DNA of 64,000 nucleotides from an uncultured cyanobacterium (lineage in GTDB: Bacteria > Cyanobacteriota > Cyanobacteriia > Cyanobacteriales > Nostocaceae). The position numbers and the translations under genes were made by a program. The notes under the pieces were generated by a model that saw only the letters and a program-made list of their open reading frames with translations, was not told the origin of the DNA and did no database searches. Location of the stretch: positions 1,888,001 through 1,952,000 of the forward strand of contig CAVUDP010000002.1 in assembly GCA_963740315.1 (NCBI GenBank), in the 5' to 3' direction. Of this stretch, positions 1-9,884 are shown piece by piece. Within the stretch, counting starts at the first letter, position 1. The number at the start of each line of letters is the position of its first letter.

Positions 1-1182
1 TCTTTGCTACGTTTACAAACTAAATCGCCGTTTTTCGCAACGCTGGCGATGTTTGCTCGTTTTGTTGCTACGGAAAAATTACCAACTGCTGCTACTGATG
101 GTAAGGATATTTTCTATAATGTAGAGTTTTTGTTATCTTTACCTCCTAAACAACTTGATGGGGTGTTGCTACACGAAGTTTTACACGCGGCGCTGCTTCA
201 CGTACCCCGTCGTAGCGTGCGCGATGCTCGGTTGTGGAATATTGCGGCTGATATCGTTATTAACGGCATGATTGCTCAACATAATTTTGAATTACCTGAA
301 GGAACTTTAAGAGAAGTTAGTTTAGAAAATTTAAGCGTTGAGGAAGTTTATGAAATTCTGCTTCAAGATGTTGATAATGCACCGGAATTAACTAATCCCG
401 ATTTACTCGATAGTCCACCGGGAGATGCTGGTGATCCTCAACAAGAAGGCGATCGAGGAGACACTCAATCGGGTGGAGATAAGGAAAGATTTGGCGATTC
501 TTCAAATTCCCAAAGCGGTGATAGTATGTCTCAAGCTAAAAAAGCCGCAATGGAAGCACACTGGCAAAATGCGATGCAGCAAGCAGCAACTGTGGCTCGT
601 ACTACAAATAAAGGTAATCTGGGAGGAGGAATAGAACGAGAGTTAGAAACTTTAAATTCTGCTCAAATTGATTGGCGTTCTTACTTGTGGCGATATTTAG
701 TACAAACCCCTACTGACTTTTCTGGATTCGATCGCCGTTTTATCGGACGCGGGCTGTACCTGGAAAACTTGCAAGGGGAATCGATCCGAGTTTATTTAGC
801 TTTGGATACTAGCGGCTCGATCGATACAAAGTTGCTAGGTTTATTTTTCTCGGAAGTGCAGGGTATTTTGAATTCCTACCCTCATATCCAATGCGAGTTT
901 TATTACGTTGATGCCGAAGTTTACGGTCCCTATGAAATTAACGCCGATTCCATGCCTCCAAAACCCCAAGGTGGTGGCGGTACGTCGTTTGTACCTTTCT
1001 TCGATAAAGTTGCTCAAACTTGGGACGGACATACACAAGGAGTATGTGTCTATTTAACAGATGGTTATGGTACTTTCCCAGATATACTTCCGGAATTACC
1101 AGTATTATGGGTAGTTACTCCAGGTGGTTTAGCCTTAGAAGGATTTCCATTTGGGGAAGCAGTACGGTTGTTATCTGTTTAA
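1..1182 (+). CDS. DUF2201-type putative metallopeptidase with C-terminal VWA-like domain (5' end outside the window)
   Basis: Starts TAATDG, HExxH motif (LLHEVLH), WNIAADIVIN, acidic linker, MIDAS-like DTSGS and GGGGTSF/YLTDGYG motifs. The frame is open from base 1. Confidence 0.85.
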   Translation, partial: SLLRLQTKSPFFATLAMFARFVATEKLPTAATDGKDIFYNVEFLLSLPPKQLDGVLLHEVLHAALLHVPRRSVRDARLWNIAADIVINGMIAQHNFELPEGTLREVSLENLSVEEVYEILLQDVDNAPELTNPDLLDSPPGDAGDPQQEGDRGDTQSGGDKERFGDSSNSQSGDSMSQAKKAAMEAHWQNAMQQAATVARTTNKGNLGGGIERELETLNSAQIDWRSYLWRYLVQTPTDFSGFDRRFIGRGLYLENLQGESIRVYLALDTSGSIDTKLLGLFFSEVQGILNSYPHIQCEFYYVDAEVYGPYEINADSMPPKPQGGGGTSFVPFFDKVAQTWDGHTQGVCVYLTDGYGTFPDILPELPVLWVVTPGGLALEGFPFGEAVRLLSV

Positions 1183-1192
1183 ACAAAATAAT

Positions 1193-1398
1193 GTAGAGAC
1201 GTAGCACTGCTACGTCTCCCAAGGTTGTGGTTGCATAACAAATAAATTTCATATTACGCAACTATATTTAAAATTATCAGCGTTGCTGAATCGAAATATG
1301 AAGTTGCTGGAGACGTAGCAGTGCTACGTCTCTACAAAGGTTTCACATTTACTACAGAGTGTAGGTAAATATAATTCATAGCTTAATTCAGTAACGCC
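1193..1398. repeat. Cluster of GTAG-type REP/SDR palindromes with an overlapping inverted-repeat element
   Basis: GTAGAGACGTAGCACTGCTACGTCTCC (1193-1219) and its reverse complement (1309-1335). A second imperfect IR pair GCGTTGCTGAAT..TATGAA / TTCATA..ATTCAGTAACGC spans ~1280-1398. Lies between convergent genes. Confidence 0.8.
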
Positions 1399-1426
1399 AA
1401 ATTATCTAATAATTCAACAGGTTTAC

Positions 1427-2347
1427 TCACAAATCTTGCTCTATTAACTCTCCAAGTAAACCACTAACAACCATATTTAAATTTAAAGTGTAATCAATAT
1501 GTCTGAAAGTCTCTTCTAACGGACGTAAAGTCCTTTTCCACCCCAAACCATCAGTAACCCAAATAAATTTATGTCCCTGTCTGGATATAAAGTCAGATAA
1601 ACTTTTATACTCTCCTGCGGTAGCATTTAATTTAGAACCACCTCCACCATAAAAATTAGCTTTTATCAAGTAGAGATTGCGATCGTTTTTCACCGCAAAA
1701 TCAAAACGCCGACTCGATTTATCTACTTCAACATCTATATTCCATTCTTTTTTTATTTTGTCGGAAGTTGCTTGTGGCATAAATACAAAATTATTTTCCT
1801 GACATATTGTAGTAATTAAATTTTCTACAATAGTCTCCATCGTTGTTCCACCGCGATTTTTTCTACCGTTTGTGTCTAAACCTACTTCGATTCCTAGTAC
1901 ATAATCGGGAATACTTTTAATAGTTTGATTTTTAAATAATTCTAAGACTCCCGTATTTTTGGTAAACTCGACGATATCATCGATCTCTGTAGTTGATATT
2001 GTTTTGTTTTGAAAATTAAATGATTTATAGCTAAAAATATTTGTGCGATCGGTTAATATCTGAAAGTTAGAAGTGCGGCAGGCAATTAAAATAGGTATAA
2101 CACTGACAATTCTCGGTGCTTGTTGTAATAAACTACGAAATTCATTTTCTATATCTTGTTTACCGATTAAGTAATTTAATGTATTCAAATGGATTTCTAT
2201 CTCTCGAAATTTATTTAAGACTTTTTGCCAATTGACAAAATAATCCCATGCAGTTATAGAATCTATTAATGTATCTTGAAAATATTGAAATACTTCTGAT
2301 TCGTTAGCACAATTCAAGTACTGTTGAAATAAAAGATTAAATTTCAT
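1427..2347 (-). CDS. DpnII/MboI-family type II restriction endonuclease (GATC), possibly catalytically impaired
   Basis: GLDTNGRKNRGG, RRFDFAV, NFYGGGGSKL and FIWVTDGLGW motifs; directly downstream of a Dam-family methyltransferase. Confidence 0.88.
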   Translation of the reverse strand: MKFNLLFQQYLNCANESEVFQYFQDTLIDSITAWDYFVNWQKVLNKFREIEIHLNTLNYLIGKQDIENEFRSLLQQAPRIVSVIPILIACRTSNFQILTDRTNIFSYKSFNFQNKTISTTEIDDIVEFTKNTGVLELFKNQTIKSIPDYVLGIEVGLDTNGRKNRGGTTMETIVENLITTICQENNFVFMPQATSDKIKKEWNIDVEVDKSSRRFDFAVKNDRNLYLIKANFYGGGGSKLNATAGEYKSLSDFISRQGHKFIWVTDGLGWKRTLRPLEETFRHIDYTLNLNMVVSGLLGELIEQDL

Positions 2348-2364
2348 GGTAGATGCATTTCTAT

Positions 2365-3306
2365 CTAATAATTCATAATTAACAATTCATCAATAGGACT
2401 ACGCTTTAAAGAATTACTATTTATATAGCGGGAAGCTTTTACTCTTTCTATACGATAACCAGCATAAAGTTTTTCAAAATAATCATCTTCGATATTCTGA
2501 TTTTTCGGTTCGGAATTACTTAGAAGAAGTAAAGCACCTTTTTTATCCAGTTTTTTAAAGAAATTATTTAATCTTAATTGCTCTGAATCATCAAATGTTC
2601 GATCGCAATAAGATGTAAAATTAGATGTATTACTAATAGGTCTATAGGGAGGGTCAAAATATACGAAGGTATTGCGATCGATAAATGTTTCGCACTTACT
2701 AAAATCTCCTCGAACAATTTCCGTTCTTTGCAGAATCTTAGCAACTGATTTTAAGTTTTCTGGGTTACATAAAGATGGTTTTTTATATTTACCCACTGGA
2801 ACATTAAAATCTCCCTTGGAATTAACTCTAAATAACCCGTTAAAACAAGTTTTATTTAAAAAAATCATTTGCGCCGTTCTTTCTAACCAATCTAAATCAT
2901 ATTTAAGTAAATCTATCTGGTTTCTTCCAAAATTAAACTTTGTTCTAATTTGATAAAAGTACTCCGATCTTTGATTTTGATTTAATGATAAATACTTATT
3001 TTCAATATTTAATAATAATTCAATTAAATCATCTACATTACATTGAATAGTTTTATATGCTAATATTAAATCGGCATTTACGTCTGAGATAAATAGCTCT
3101 TTTATAGAATAATGAGATGCTAACCAAAAAAATATTGCACCACCTCCTATAAACGGTTCTACATATTTTTGTATTGAACCGTTATTCAATCTTTCTGGTA
3201 AAAACTGACTTATTTGTTTAATTAATTGAGTTTTCCCTCCAGCCCATTTTAAATAAGGCTTTGGTACTACCGAGCGATCGGACAAATTGGAAACAGTCGA
3301 AATCAT
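2365..3306 (-). CDS. Dam/DpnM-family DNA adenine methyltransferase
   Basis: KWAGGK, EPFIGGGA, FNGLFRVN and the catalytic DPPY motif. Confidence 0.93.
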   Translation of the reverse strand: MISTVSNLSDRSVVPKPYLKWAGGKTQLIKQISQFLPERLNNGSIQKYVEPFIGGGAIFFWLASHYSIKELFISDVNADLILAYKTIQCNVDDLIELLLNIENKYLSLNQNQRSEYFYQIRTKFNFGRNQIDLLKYDLDWLERTAQMIFLNKTCFNGLFRVNSKGDFNVPVGKYKKPSLCNPENLKSVAKILQRTEIVRGDFSKCETFIDRNTFVYFDPPYRPISNTSNFTSYCDRTFDDSEQLRLNNFFKKLDKKGALLLLSNSEPKNQNIEDDYFEKLYAGYRIERVKASRYINSNSLKRSPIDELLIMNY

Positions 3307-3507
3307 TTACTATACCTATACAAACATCACAACAATATTGTTTGCGATCGCAGTTGTCAAAACGTCTTTTATTATACACACAACTTTAAATATTTTGATT
3401 AAGTTTTGTAACGCTAGCAGATTGAAACAACTAGTATTAATTTGAAACTACAGATTGAAGATTGGAGTCTTTATATATAAAACAACCAATCAAAAAGGTA
3501 TTATAAG

Positions 3508-4152
3508 ATGGATTATATTGCATACGTTCAGACAAAAGATGTTGATTCGCTAATAGTTCGTAATGCACCATTAGGAGAAAAAATTGAATTTATCGGCAAC
3601 GGTACTAAAGTTAAAGTACAAGGAGAACCCGTTGCGAAAGCAAATTGGAATTGGGTACAAATTGGTAGCGATCGTTGGGTAGCGTCGGAGTTTTTGAAAG
3701 TTATTAAAGGTGCAAGAGTAGTAGCGACTCGTACTGACGAAACTATTGCTGGTGGTTTAAGAGTATACAAAACTATATTAGTTGATAGCAATGGAAAAAC
3801 TGTGAATGAGGTAAGACTTATTTCCGGTAGAGTCAACTACCAAACACCTTCTAATGTTGCAGAATCTTTAACTCCTCCACCTTTTGGAATTTATACTTTT
3901 GATGCGCCAGGATGGGTATATGAAGGTAAAGATTTAAAAACGCAATTTGGCGGAGTTTGGTCGCCAATTACACCTATTTTTAATACAAATCGTTCGGAGA
4001 TAGGCATTCATTACGATCCATCAGCTTCTAAGGGTAATTATAATGCTGGTACGGTAGGTTGTTTTGCTACGCCAAGTGTTAAAGAAAAAGATATTTTGAC
4101 AAACTTTATTCGGAATCAAAAACCCAAGCATTTTATCTTTAATGAAGGGTAG
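3508..4152 (+). CDS. SH3b-like domain fused to an L,D-transpeptidase-like (His/Cys) domain
   Basis: N-terminal LIVRNAP..WVQI...WVASEFL resembles bacterial SH3; C-terminal PPFGIY..IGIH...GTVGC resembles the YkuD-like catalytic motif. Confidence 0.6.
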   Translation: MDYIAYVQTKDVDSLIVRNAPLGEKIEFIGNGTKVKVQGEPVAKANWNWVQIGSDRWVASEFLKVIKGARVVATRTDETIAGGLRVYKTILVDSNGKTVNEVRLISGRVNYQTPSNVAESLTPPPFGIYTFDAPGWVYEGKDLKTQFGGVWSPITPIFNTNRSEIGIHYDPSASKGNYNAGTVGCFATPSVKEKDILTNFIRNQKPKHFIFNEG

Positions 4153-4643
4153 TGACTGATATAATTCGTAATTTTTAATATGTAGCATCCACGTCATAAA
4201 GATGGTATTTGGCACATTAGCCTCTGGAATAGCAAGCTTTACCATCAGAATTCTATATGATTTGAAAAAATTGTAAGATAGAAACCTGCTTTTTGTAAAA
4301 ATCGGGTTTCTGGTTTTTGTTGGCATTACTTGCCCAGAAGGCTTATGATTTATGCTATGGGATCGAGTCTTATGAGATAGGCAATAATGCCCATTTTATT
4401 GTATTTTGATTGTATTCTTATGAATTTAGTTGGTATGGCTACTGAAAGTAAACTGAATAAAAGAGAAAATTTATGTAATTATTAATTGATGATTTGTTAT
4501 TTATATCACCTTAAATCGGCATAAATTGACAGTTTATATTGCAACATTTTATATTGATTAATTCCGATAAAATACAAAAATATATTATATTTAACTTGCC
4601 CTCATTCTAACTTTTACTCTTTATATTTTATTAATTATTCGCT

Positions 4644-6917
4644 ATGGCTAATCGTTCCCTAGACTCGAATTTATCAAAACTTCGGCAAGAAGCAGCGAGC
4701 GAGGAGACTTCGCCACAGCGGTTACAAGAATTAGCTAAAATTAATCTTGAATTAACAAGAATTGTTGCAAAAAATGCCAATGCGGCTCCTGATTTGTTGC
4801 GGGATTTGAGTAGTAGCCCCGATAACATTGTTCGCAAAAATGTTGCTGGTAATCCTAACACGGCAACAGCAATTTTGTGGGAATTGGGAACGGAATTTCC
4901 CCAGCAGTTGTTAAAAAATCCGGTGTTTTCTTTACTGTTATTAGAAAATCCCAATTTTGTAGCTGATATTCCCCTGGTTACTTTGCAAGGTTTGTTGAAG
5001 CTTGATGAAGTGTCACCTCATTTTCTGGAATTGGCGACGAGTCATGATGATGTAGAAGTTTTGTTAACTATCCTCATGAATCCTAAAACCCCGAAAACAG
5101 CTTTGCAAAAACTAACTCAGCTACAAAATATAGAAATTGCTGAAGCTGCACGGCTGCACGTTTCTTTAGCTGGAGAAATGCAACAGGGATGGGATGAAGC
5201 TGCGCTATTGGCTATGGAAACAACTAATTTACCACGCGATCGCCAATCTGAAATTTTCTTATGGGCGATTGGTGCGATACCAGAATATCTGTTAAAAACG
5301 TTGGATGCTGAGGTACGTTTGCATATTGCTGAAAGTTTAAATACAAACGAGCAGATTTTGGCAATGTTGGCGACGGATAGTTACAGTCAGGTGCGGGCAA
5401 TGGTTGCTCAAAATCCTTATACTCCCAGCGAAGTAGTTGAAGAATTAATGGGAGATGTTAGCGATATAGTACGCGAAGCAGTTGCTCATCATCCCCTTAC
5501 ACCCCTGACTCTACACCAACAGTTTCAAATACAGTTGGAAGCAACCGAAAATCCGGTATCTGAAGAGATTCTCAGACAACTTTCTACAAGTCAATGGATG
5601 CGGATTCGTTTGGGCGTTGCAGCTCACTCTAAAGCTCCTAGAGAAATATTGTTGCAATTAGCAAGCGATGAAGATGTGATGGTACGCAAAGCCGTAGCAC
5701 TTAATCTAAATTCTTCAGCACAAACCTTAGAGCAATTGGCAAAGGATAATGATGCTTGGATTCGTAAAATTGTTGCCATTCATCCCAATAATCCGGCAAA
5801 AATTGGTTGCGATCGGCAAAAAAATACAATATACGATTATATAAGTAAAGCCAGCGCTCAAGGCATCCCAATTATGCCAGTATACGCCGTTTACGACCCC
5901 AATCTATTAACGGCGATGGCAGAGAGTACTAATTACGATACCCGTCAAAGAGTCGCGCAACACCCCAATACTCCCATTCATGTTTTAGAAAAACTCGCCG
6001 ATAAAGAAGATAGTTCGATTTTAGAAACTATACTTACCAACCTTTCCCGCAATTCCAAAACCCCCGACAGTACTTTACAATATTTAGCGCAGACTTCCGA
6101 TTTTAAAATTTGCGCTGCTGTTGCGCGTCATCGCAATACGGAAAGTACGACGCTTGCACAATTAGCAAAACATCATCGTTGGGAAGTACGTACTGTAGTC
6201 GCCAAAAATCTCAAAACTCCCTTCGTAACTCTTGTAAAACTGATTCAAGATAAACATCAAACAGTAAGAATTGCAGCGACAAACAACCCATACGCCCCTG
6301 CAAGCATTTTAGAGCAGCTTGATGTTCTCAAAAATCCGAATACATCTTTAGAAACCCTGAATACACTTTCTGATAGTAAATGGGTAATTATTCGTCAGGG
6401 GGTTGCACGTCATCCCAACATTGATAAAAACCTGCTCAAGCAATTAGCAGAAGATAACATTAGTATGGTGCGTCAGGGCGTAGCTGAAAATCCTGTCACT
6501 CCAGCTAGTTTGTTGGAGTTATTAGCAATAGATAAAGATGATGCAGTTGTTGTCGCCGTTGCTTCCCATCCCAATACATCTTTAAATATTCTCGAACAAT
6601 TAGCTATTTTAGGAAAGCCAGGTAATCAAATTAAGCAAACAGCAATCAAAGCTTTAATGAATCGCTTTCCAGATAGAATTAGTCAAGTTTTAGCAGATTG
6701 CATTACCTCTTACACCCCCATATTTACCCGCTTACTTGTTTTCTTACATCCCTCAACACCAAGCAAAATCTTAGCGCAAAATATTCATTCTTCATCTTGG
6801 TTAGAAAGATACGCAATTGCTCAAAATCCCAACACTCCCCATAGTATTCGGGCTGCTTTAACTGGCGATGGTAATCGAATTGTGCGTGCGGCAGCGAAGG
6901 AATGGATGGGGGGATGA
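4644..6917 (+). CDS. Leucine-rich repeat variant (LRV)/HEAT-like repeat protein
   Basis: Many repeats of the form VRxxVAxNPNTPxxxLxxLAxD over 757 aa. Confidence 0.85.
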   Translation: MANRSLDSNLSKLRQEAASEETSPQRLQELAKINLELTRIVAKNANAAPDLLRDLSSSPDNIVRKNVAGNPNTATAILWELGTEFPQQLLKNPVFSLLLLENPNFVADIPLVTLQGLLKLDEVSPHFLELATSHDDVEVLLTILMNPKTPKTALQKLTQLQNIEIAEAARLHVSLAGEMQQGWDEAALLAMETTNLPRDRQSEIFLWAIGAIPEYLLKTLDAEVRLHIAESLNTNEQILAMLATDSYSQVRAMVAQNPYTPSEVVEELMGDVSDIVREAVAHHPLTPLTLHQQFQIQLEATENPVSEEILRQLSTSQWMRIRLGVAAHSKAPREILLQLASDEDVMVRKAVALNLNSSAQTLEQLAKDNDAWIRKIVAIHPNNPAKIGCDRQKNTIYDYISKASAQGIPIMPVYAVYDPNLLTAMAESTNYDTRQRVAQHPNTPIHVLEKLADKEDSSILETILTNLSRNSKTPDSTLQYLAQTSDFKICAAVARHRNTESTTLAQLAKHHRWEVRTVVAKNLKTPFVTLVKLIQDKHQTVRIAATNNPYAPASILEQLDVLKNPNTSLETLNTLSDSKWVIIRQGVARHPNIDKNLLKQLAEDNISMVRQGVAENPVTPASLLELLAIDKDDAVVVAVASHPNTSLNILEQLAILGKPGNQIKQTAIKALMNRFPDRISQVLADCITSYTPIFTRLLVFLHPSTPSKILAQNIHSSSWLERYAIAQNPNTPHSIRAALTGDGNRIVRAAAKEWMGG

Positions 6918-6971
6918 GGGGATGGGGAGAGGGGGAGAGGGGGAGAGGGGGGGGATGGGGGGATGGGGGGA
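6902..6971. repeat. STRR-like purine-rich tandem array (GGGGGAT/GGGGAGAG units)
   Basis: Imperfect 7-8 nt tandem units overlapping the stop of the LRV gene. Confidence 0.85.
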
Positions 6972-7073
6972 AAATTTAAATTATTAACTCTGGCAATCTT
7001 TACTCTTTACTCGCAATCCAAATTTTATTCTAATTCCAATTGATTTTTGTGGTAGAGCATCTTTTGATTTTTT

Positions 7074-7125
7074 GTAGTGGGAGCATCTTGCTCCCTAAAT
7101 CGAGGGAGCAAGATGCTCCCACTAC
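7074..7125. repeat. GTAG-type REP doublet, perfect 23-bp inverted repeat
   Basis: GTAGTGGGAGCATCTTGCTCCCT - 6 nt - AGGGAGCAAGATGCTCCCACTAC between convergent genes; may also act as a terminator. Confidence 0.85.
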
Positions 7126-7197
7126 CAAGCATCTGTTTTTTTGTAATGACTATAAAACAAACGTATCCGTTATTAAAATTTCAAATTTTTGAAATTT

Positions 7198-7262
7198 TAA
7201 CTCCTAACTCCTAAAGGTTACTGAGCTTGTCGAAGTACTCCTAACTCCTCACTCCTAACTCT
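7198..7262. repeat. STRR heptamer array (AACTCCT) interrupted by a short SDR-like element
   Basis: (AACTCCT)n units on both sides of GGTTACTGAGCTTGTCGAAGTA. Confidence 0.7.
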
Positions 7263-7289
7263 TTGAATCCAAAATTCAAAATCCAAAAT

Positions 7290-8915
7290 TCAAATATCTA
7301 GCCCCATCACCGTTAACTGTGGTGGATATTCTACAGTAAATTGATAATAAATCTCTTGTTTCTCTTGTGGTGCGAGAGTTGAATTCCATTGCAAAGTTCC
7401 CATTTCACCGGGTTGAATTTGCGGATTTGTGCGGTTGAGACGTACTTTTATTTGTTCGTTGCGACTTACTGGTAATTGTTCGATAAGTTCTAAATTGGCT
7501 TCTGTATCCAGTAAGTTGCTAATCTGCAATCGATATGCATAGGTGATTTTGTTTATATTACCAATAAACTTTTTATCAACTTCACGCTCAACTAAATCGC
7601 GTTCGATTTTCAAACCTTCGTCAATTCCCAAGTTTAATTTAAATTCTTCACCCGGTACGGTGTTTTCTAATTCGGAAGTTCCTATAAAGATGTTATCGCG
7701 AAAAATGTTGGCTTTACCCGGTAACAAAGTCGCACCGTTAGGATTATTTTTCACTTTGGCTTGTAAATAAGCAAAACTTACCAAACGCGGCATTGTTATA
7801 TAGCTAAACCTACAGGGATAATCATCTTGGAAAATTGTGGTTTTGTGAGGTGCGCCATCGCTGGGTATATTTCCACCGCCATCTAAGTTAAAGGTGACTA
7901 CGTTTCCTTCTTGAGATACTTCCGCTGTAATTACATCTGCTTCAATTAAGTTTTCTAAGTCTTCAATTTCGCCGGAGAAATCATCATCTTCAAAATCGAT
8001 GTTACGACTTCGTGGAGCCATTGGTGCGGCTGCAAACCTTCTTGCTCTTCTAAGTTTAGTTGGTGGTTGCTCCATATCAATATACCAAGGTTGTGGCTTT
8101 GGTGGTAAAGTACCGCTACCCGGTTTGGCTGTAGAAAGCGTTAAATTTACATTTGTCCAATCTTCGCCGGTATTTTGAATTATTTGCGCCAAGTATCCCA
8201 AATTAACGCTTTTACTTTTGCGATCGACTCGGATATCGTAAAGCGGTTTCCAACTGGCACGATTGACGACATAAGACACCTCTAACTCAAACTCTCCCGC
8301 ACCCTTCGCTTCAATCCCCACCGTCAAATTAAAACTTTCCTGGGGTGATGGCGATCGCATCTGTTTTAAGGAAGCGTACAGCACCTGCAATTCCTTATCT
8401 AATTCCAACTGCTGATTTTTGTAATCTTCGGTAGCGATCGCATATTCTGTAAACTGGCTGCCGAGGAAGTTGAGTAAATCCAAAGTTTCGCTCAAACTAA
8501 TGCTTTTACGCGCCAAACTAATCGAAAATTGGTCCTCAGTCTTCTCTCGCAAACCTTCGATAAACCGCGACTGTAACGCCAAAGCATCCATTTGAGCAGT
8601 AAATTGACGTTTTTGTGCTTCTAACTGCTCTATTTGTTGATTTAACTGCGATACCCGTGCCACTACCGATTCAGTAGTGTAAATGCGTTCCACATTCACA
8701 CCTAACAAACGCACTGCCACATTACCTTTACCGCTAACCCGCACCGATTCCGTATCAATAGTTACTGGCAGTTGGGAGACAATTAACTCCCGTTCCTGTC
8801 CGCTTAATTCGACTACACCACGGCGCGTCACCAATGCTTTATTTGTGTAAACAGCAACTGCGACAACATCTGTTTCTACGACTTTACGCGGAGATGGTAC
8901 TTCCTGGTTAACCAC
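7290..8915 (-). CDS. DUF4140/DUF4139 (MuiA family) protein
   Basis: VAVYTNKALVTRRG start, coiled coil, ASWKPLYDIR, QNTGEDWTNVNLTLSTAKP and LGIDEGLKIER motifs. Confidence 0.9.
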   Translation of the reverse strand: MVNQEVPSPRKVVETDVVAVAVYTNKALVTRRGVVELSGQERELIVSQLPVTIDTESVRVSGKGNVAVRLLGVNVERIYTTESVVARVSQLNQQIEQLEAQKRQFTAQMDALALQSRFIEGLREKTEDQFSISLARKSISLSETLDLLNFLGSQFTEYAIATEDYKNQQLELDKELQVLYASLKQMRSPSPQESFNLTVGIEAKGAGEFELEVSYVVNRASWKPLYDIRVDRKSKSVNLGYLAQIIQNTGEDWTNVNLTLSTAKPGSGTLPPKPQPWYIDMEQPPTKLRRARRFAAAPMAPRSRNIDFEDDDFSGEIEDLENLIEADVITAEVSQEGNVVTFNLDGGGNIPSDGAPHKTTIFQDDYPCRFSYITMPRLVSFAYLQAKVKNNPNGATLLPGKANIFRDNIFIGTSELENTVPGEEFKLNLGIDEGLKIERDLVEREVDKKFIGNINKITYAYRLQISNLLDTEANLELIEQLPVSRNEQIKVRLNRTNPQIQPGEMGTLQWNSTLAPQEKQEIYYQFTVEYPPQLTVMGLDI

Positions 8916-9010
8916 TGCCAGCTTTTCCTTAATTGCGAACGGGTATGCTGGTTAATTGTTAATCGATAAAAGCCTAGTCGTCAATAAAATTAGTAATTCT
9001 TGATTTAAGG

Positions 9011-9087
9011 ATTTTTCGTTATCCCACAAAATGTAGAGACGTAGCAGTGCTACGTCTCCACACGTTGACTGTAAATAAACAAATTAT
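9011..9087 (+). repeat. 77-bp dispersed repeat with GTAG REP core, copy 1
   Basis: ATTTTTCGTTATCCCACAAAATGTAGAGACG..CGTCTCCACACGTTGA..AAATTAT; homologous to 12087-12163. Confidence 0.75.
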
Positions 9088-9884
9088 AAAATAAAACTTA
9101 ATTTTGCTTAATTTGACTTTGTTAAAACTACGCAAAGCCCTGCAATAATACGGGAGGTTGAGGGGATCTAAAAATCTAGGATGCTTAATAACTAGTTGCG
9201 GTTGCGTAAGTCCTATTTGTATAAAATTTAATGATTATTTATATGTTAGCAAACACTGTGTTTTCTGTATAAATTTTACATTTTTAAATCAGAATTTTGC
9301 GTTCAAACGGCAATCCACTTTAACTTATTGATTCCCTCAACTTTGGTTGGTTTTTATGTGTTTTTTATTTCAGAATAATAGTCTTAAATTCTTGCATAAA
9401 TAAATATGCCATGCATATACTGTAAACGTTGCTTTAAACAGATGATTTTTCATTTTGAAATAAATTTATTCACACCATATCTCCAGCTTAAAAAAAATAA
9501 TTCCTTCTAGATGTAAAGCTGTGAAATAAACGTGTTTATAGGAGATGGCATTTTTTATCTTGTGCTACGTGTTTGTTACGAATTAAACGATAAATTATCA
9601 CCCACGGATGAAGTAATTTTACGGAAATAATGCATTGTTTCACCGTGAACTCAGATAAATCCTCTAATTTCTTTTTGATAACAGAAAGTGAGAGTTTGCG
9701 GTGGAATAAGGAAAGATTTTGTATCACTCCTAATGTGATGCTTTGAACTGTGTTTATAGTTATTAATACAGAAAATAACTGATTTATAAACCCTGTTGTA
9801 CTTTAGTTGTCAATTACCTTCTTAACTAAACTCAACGATAGGACGATATTAAAGATACTTTTCAACTTTTAAAAAGGAGTAGCT

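Noticed and set aside
4155..4470. Possible decayed membrane-protein gene remnant
   Set aside because: Only short hydrophobic fragments broken by stops; no family could be assigned.
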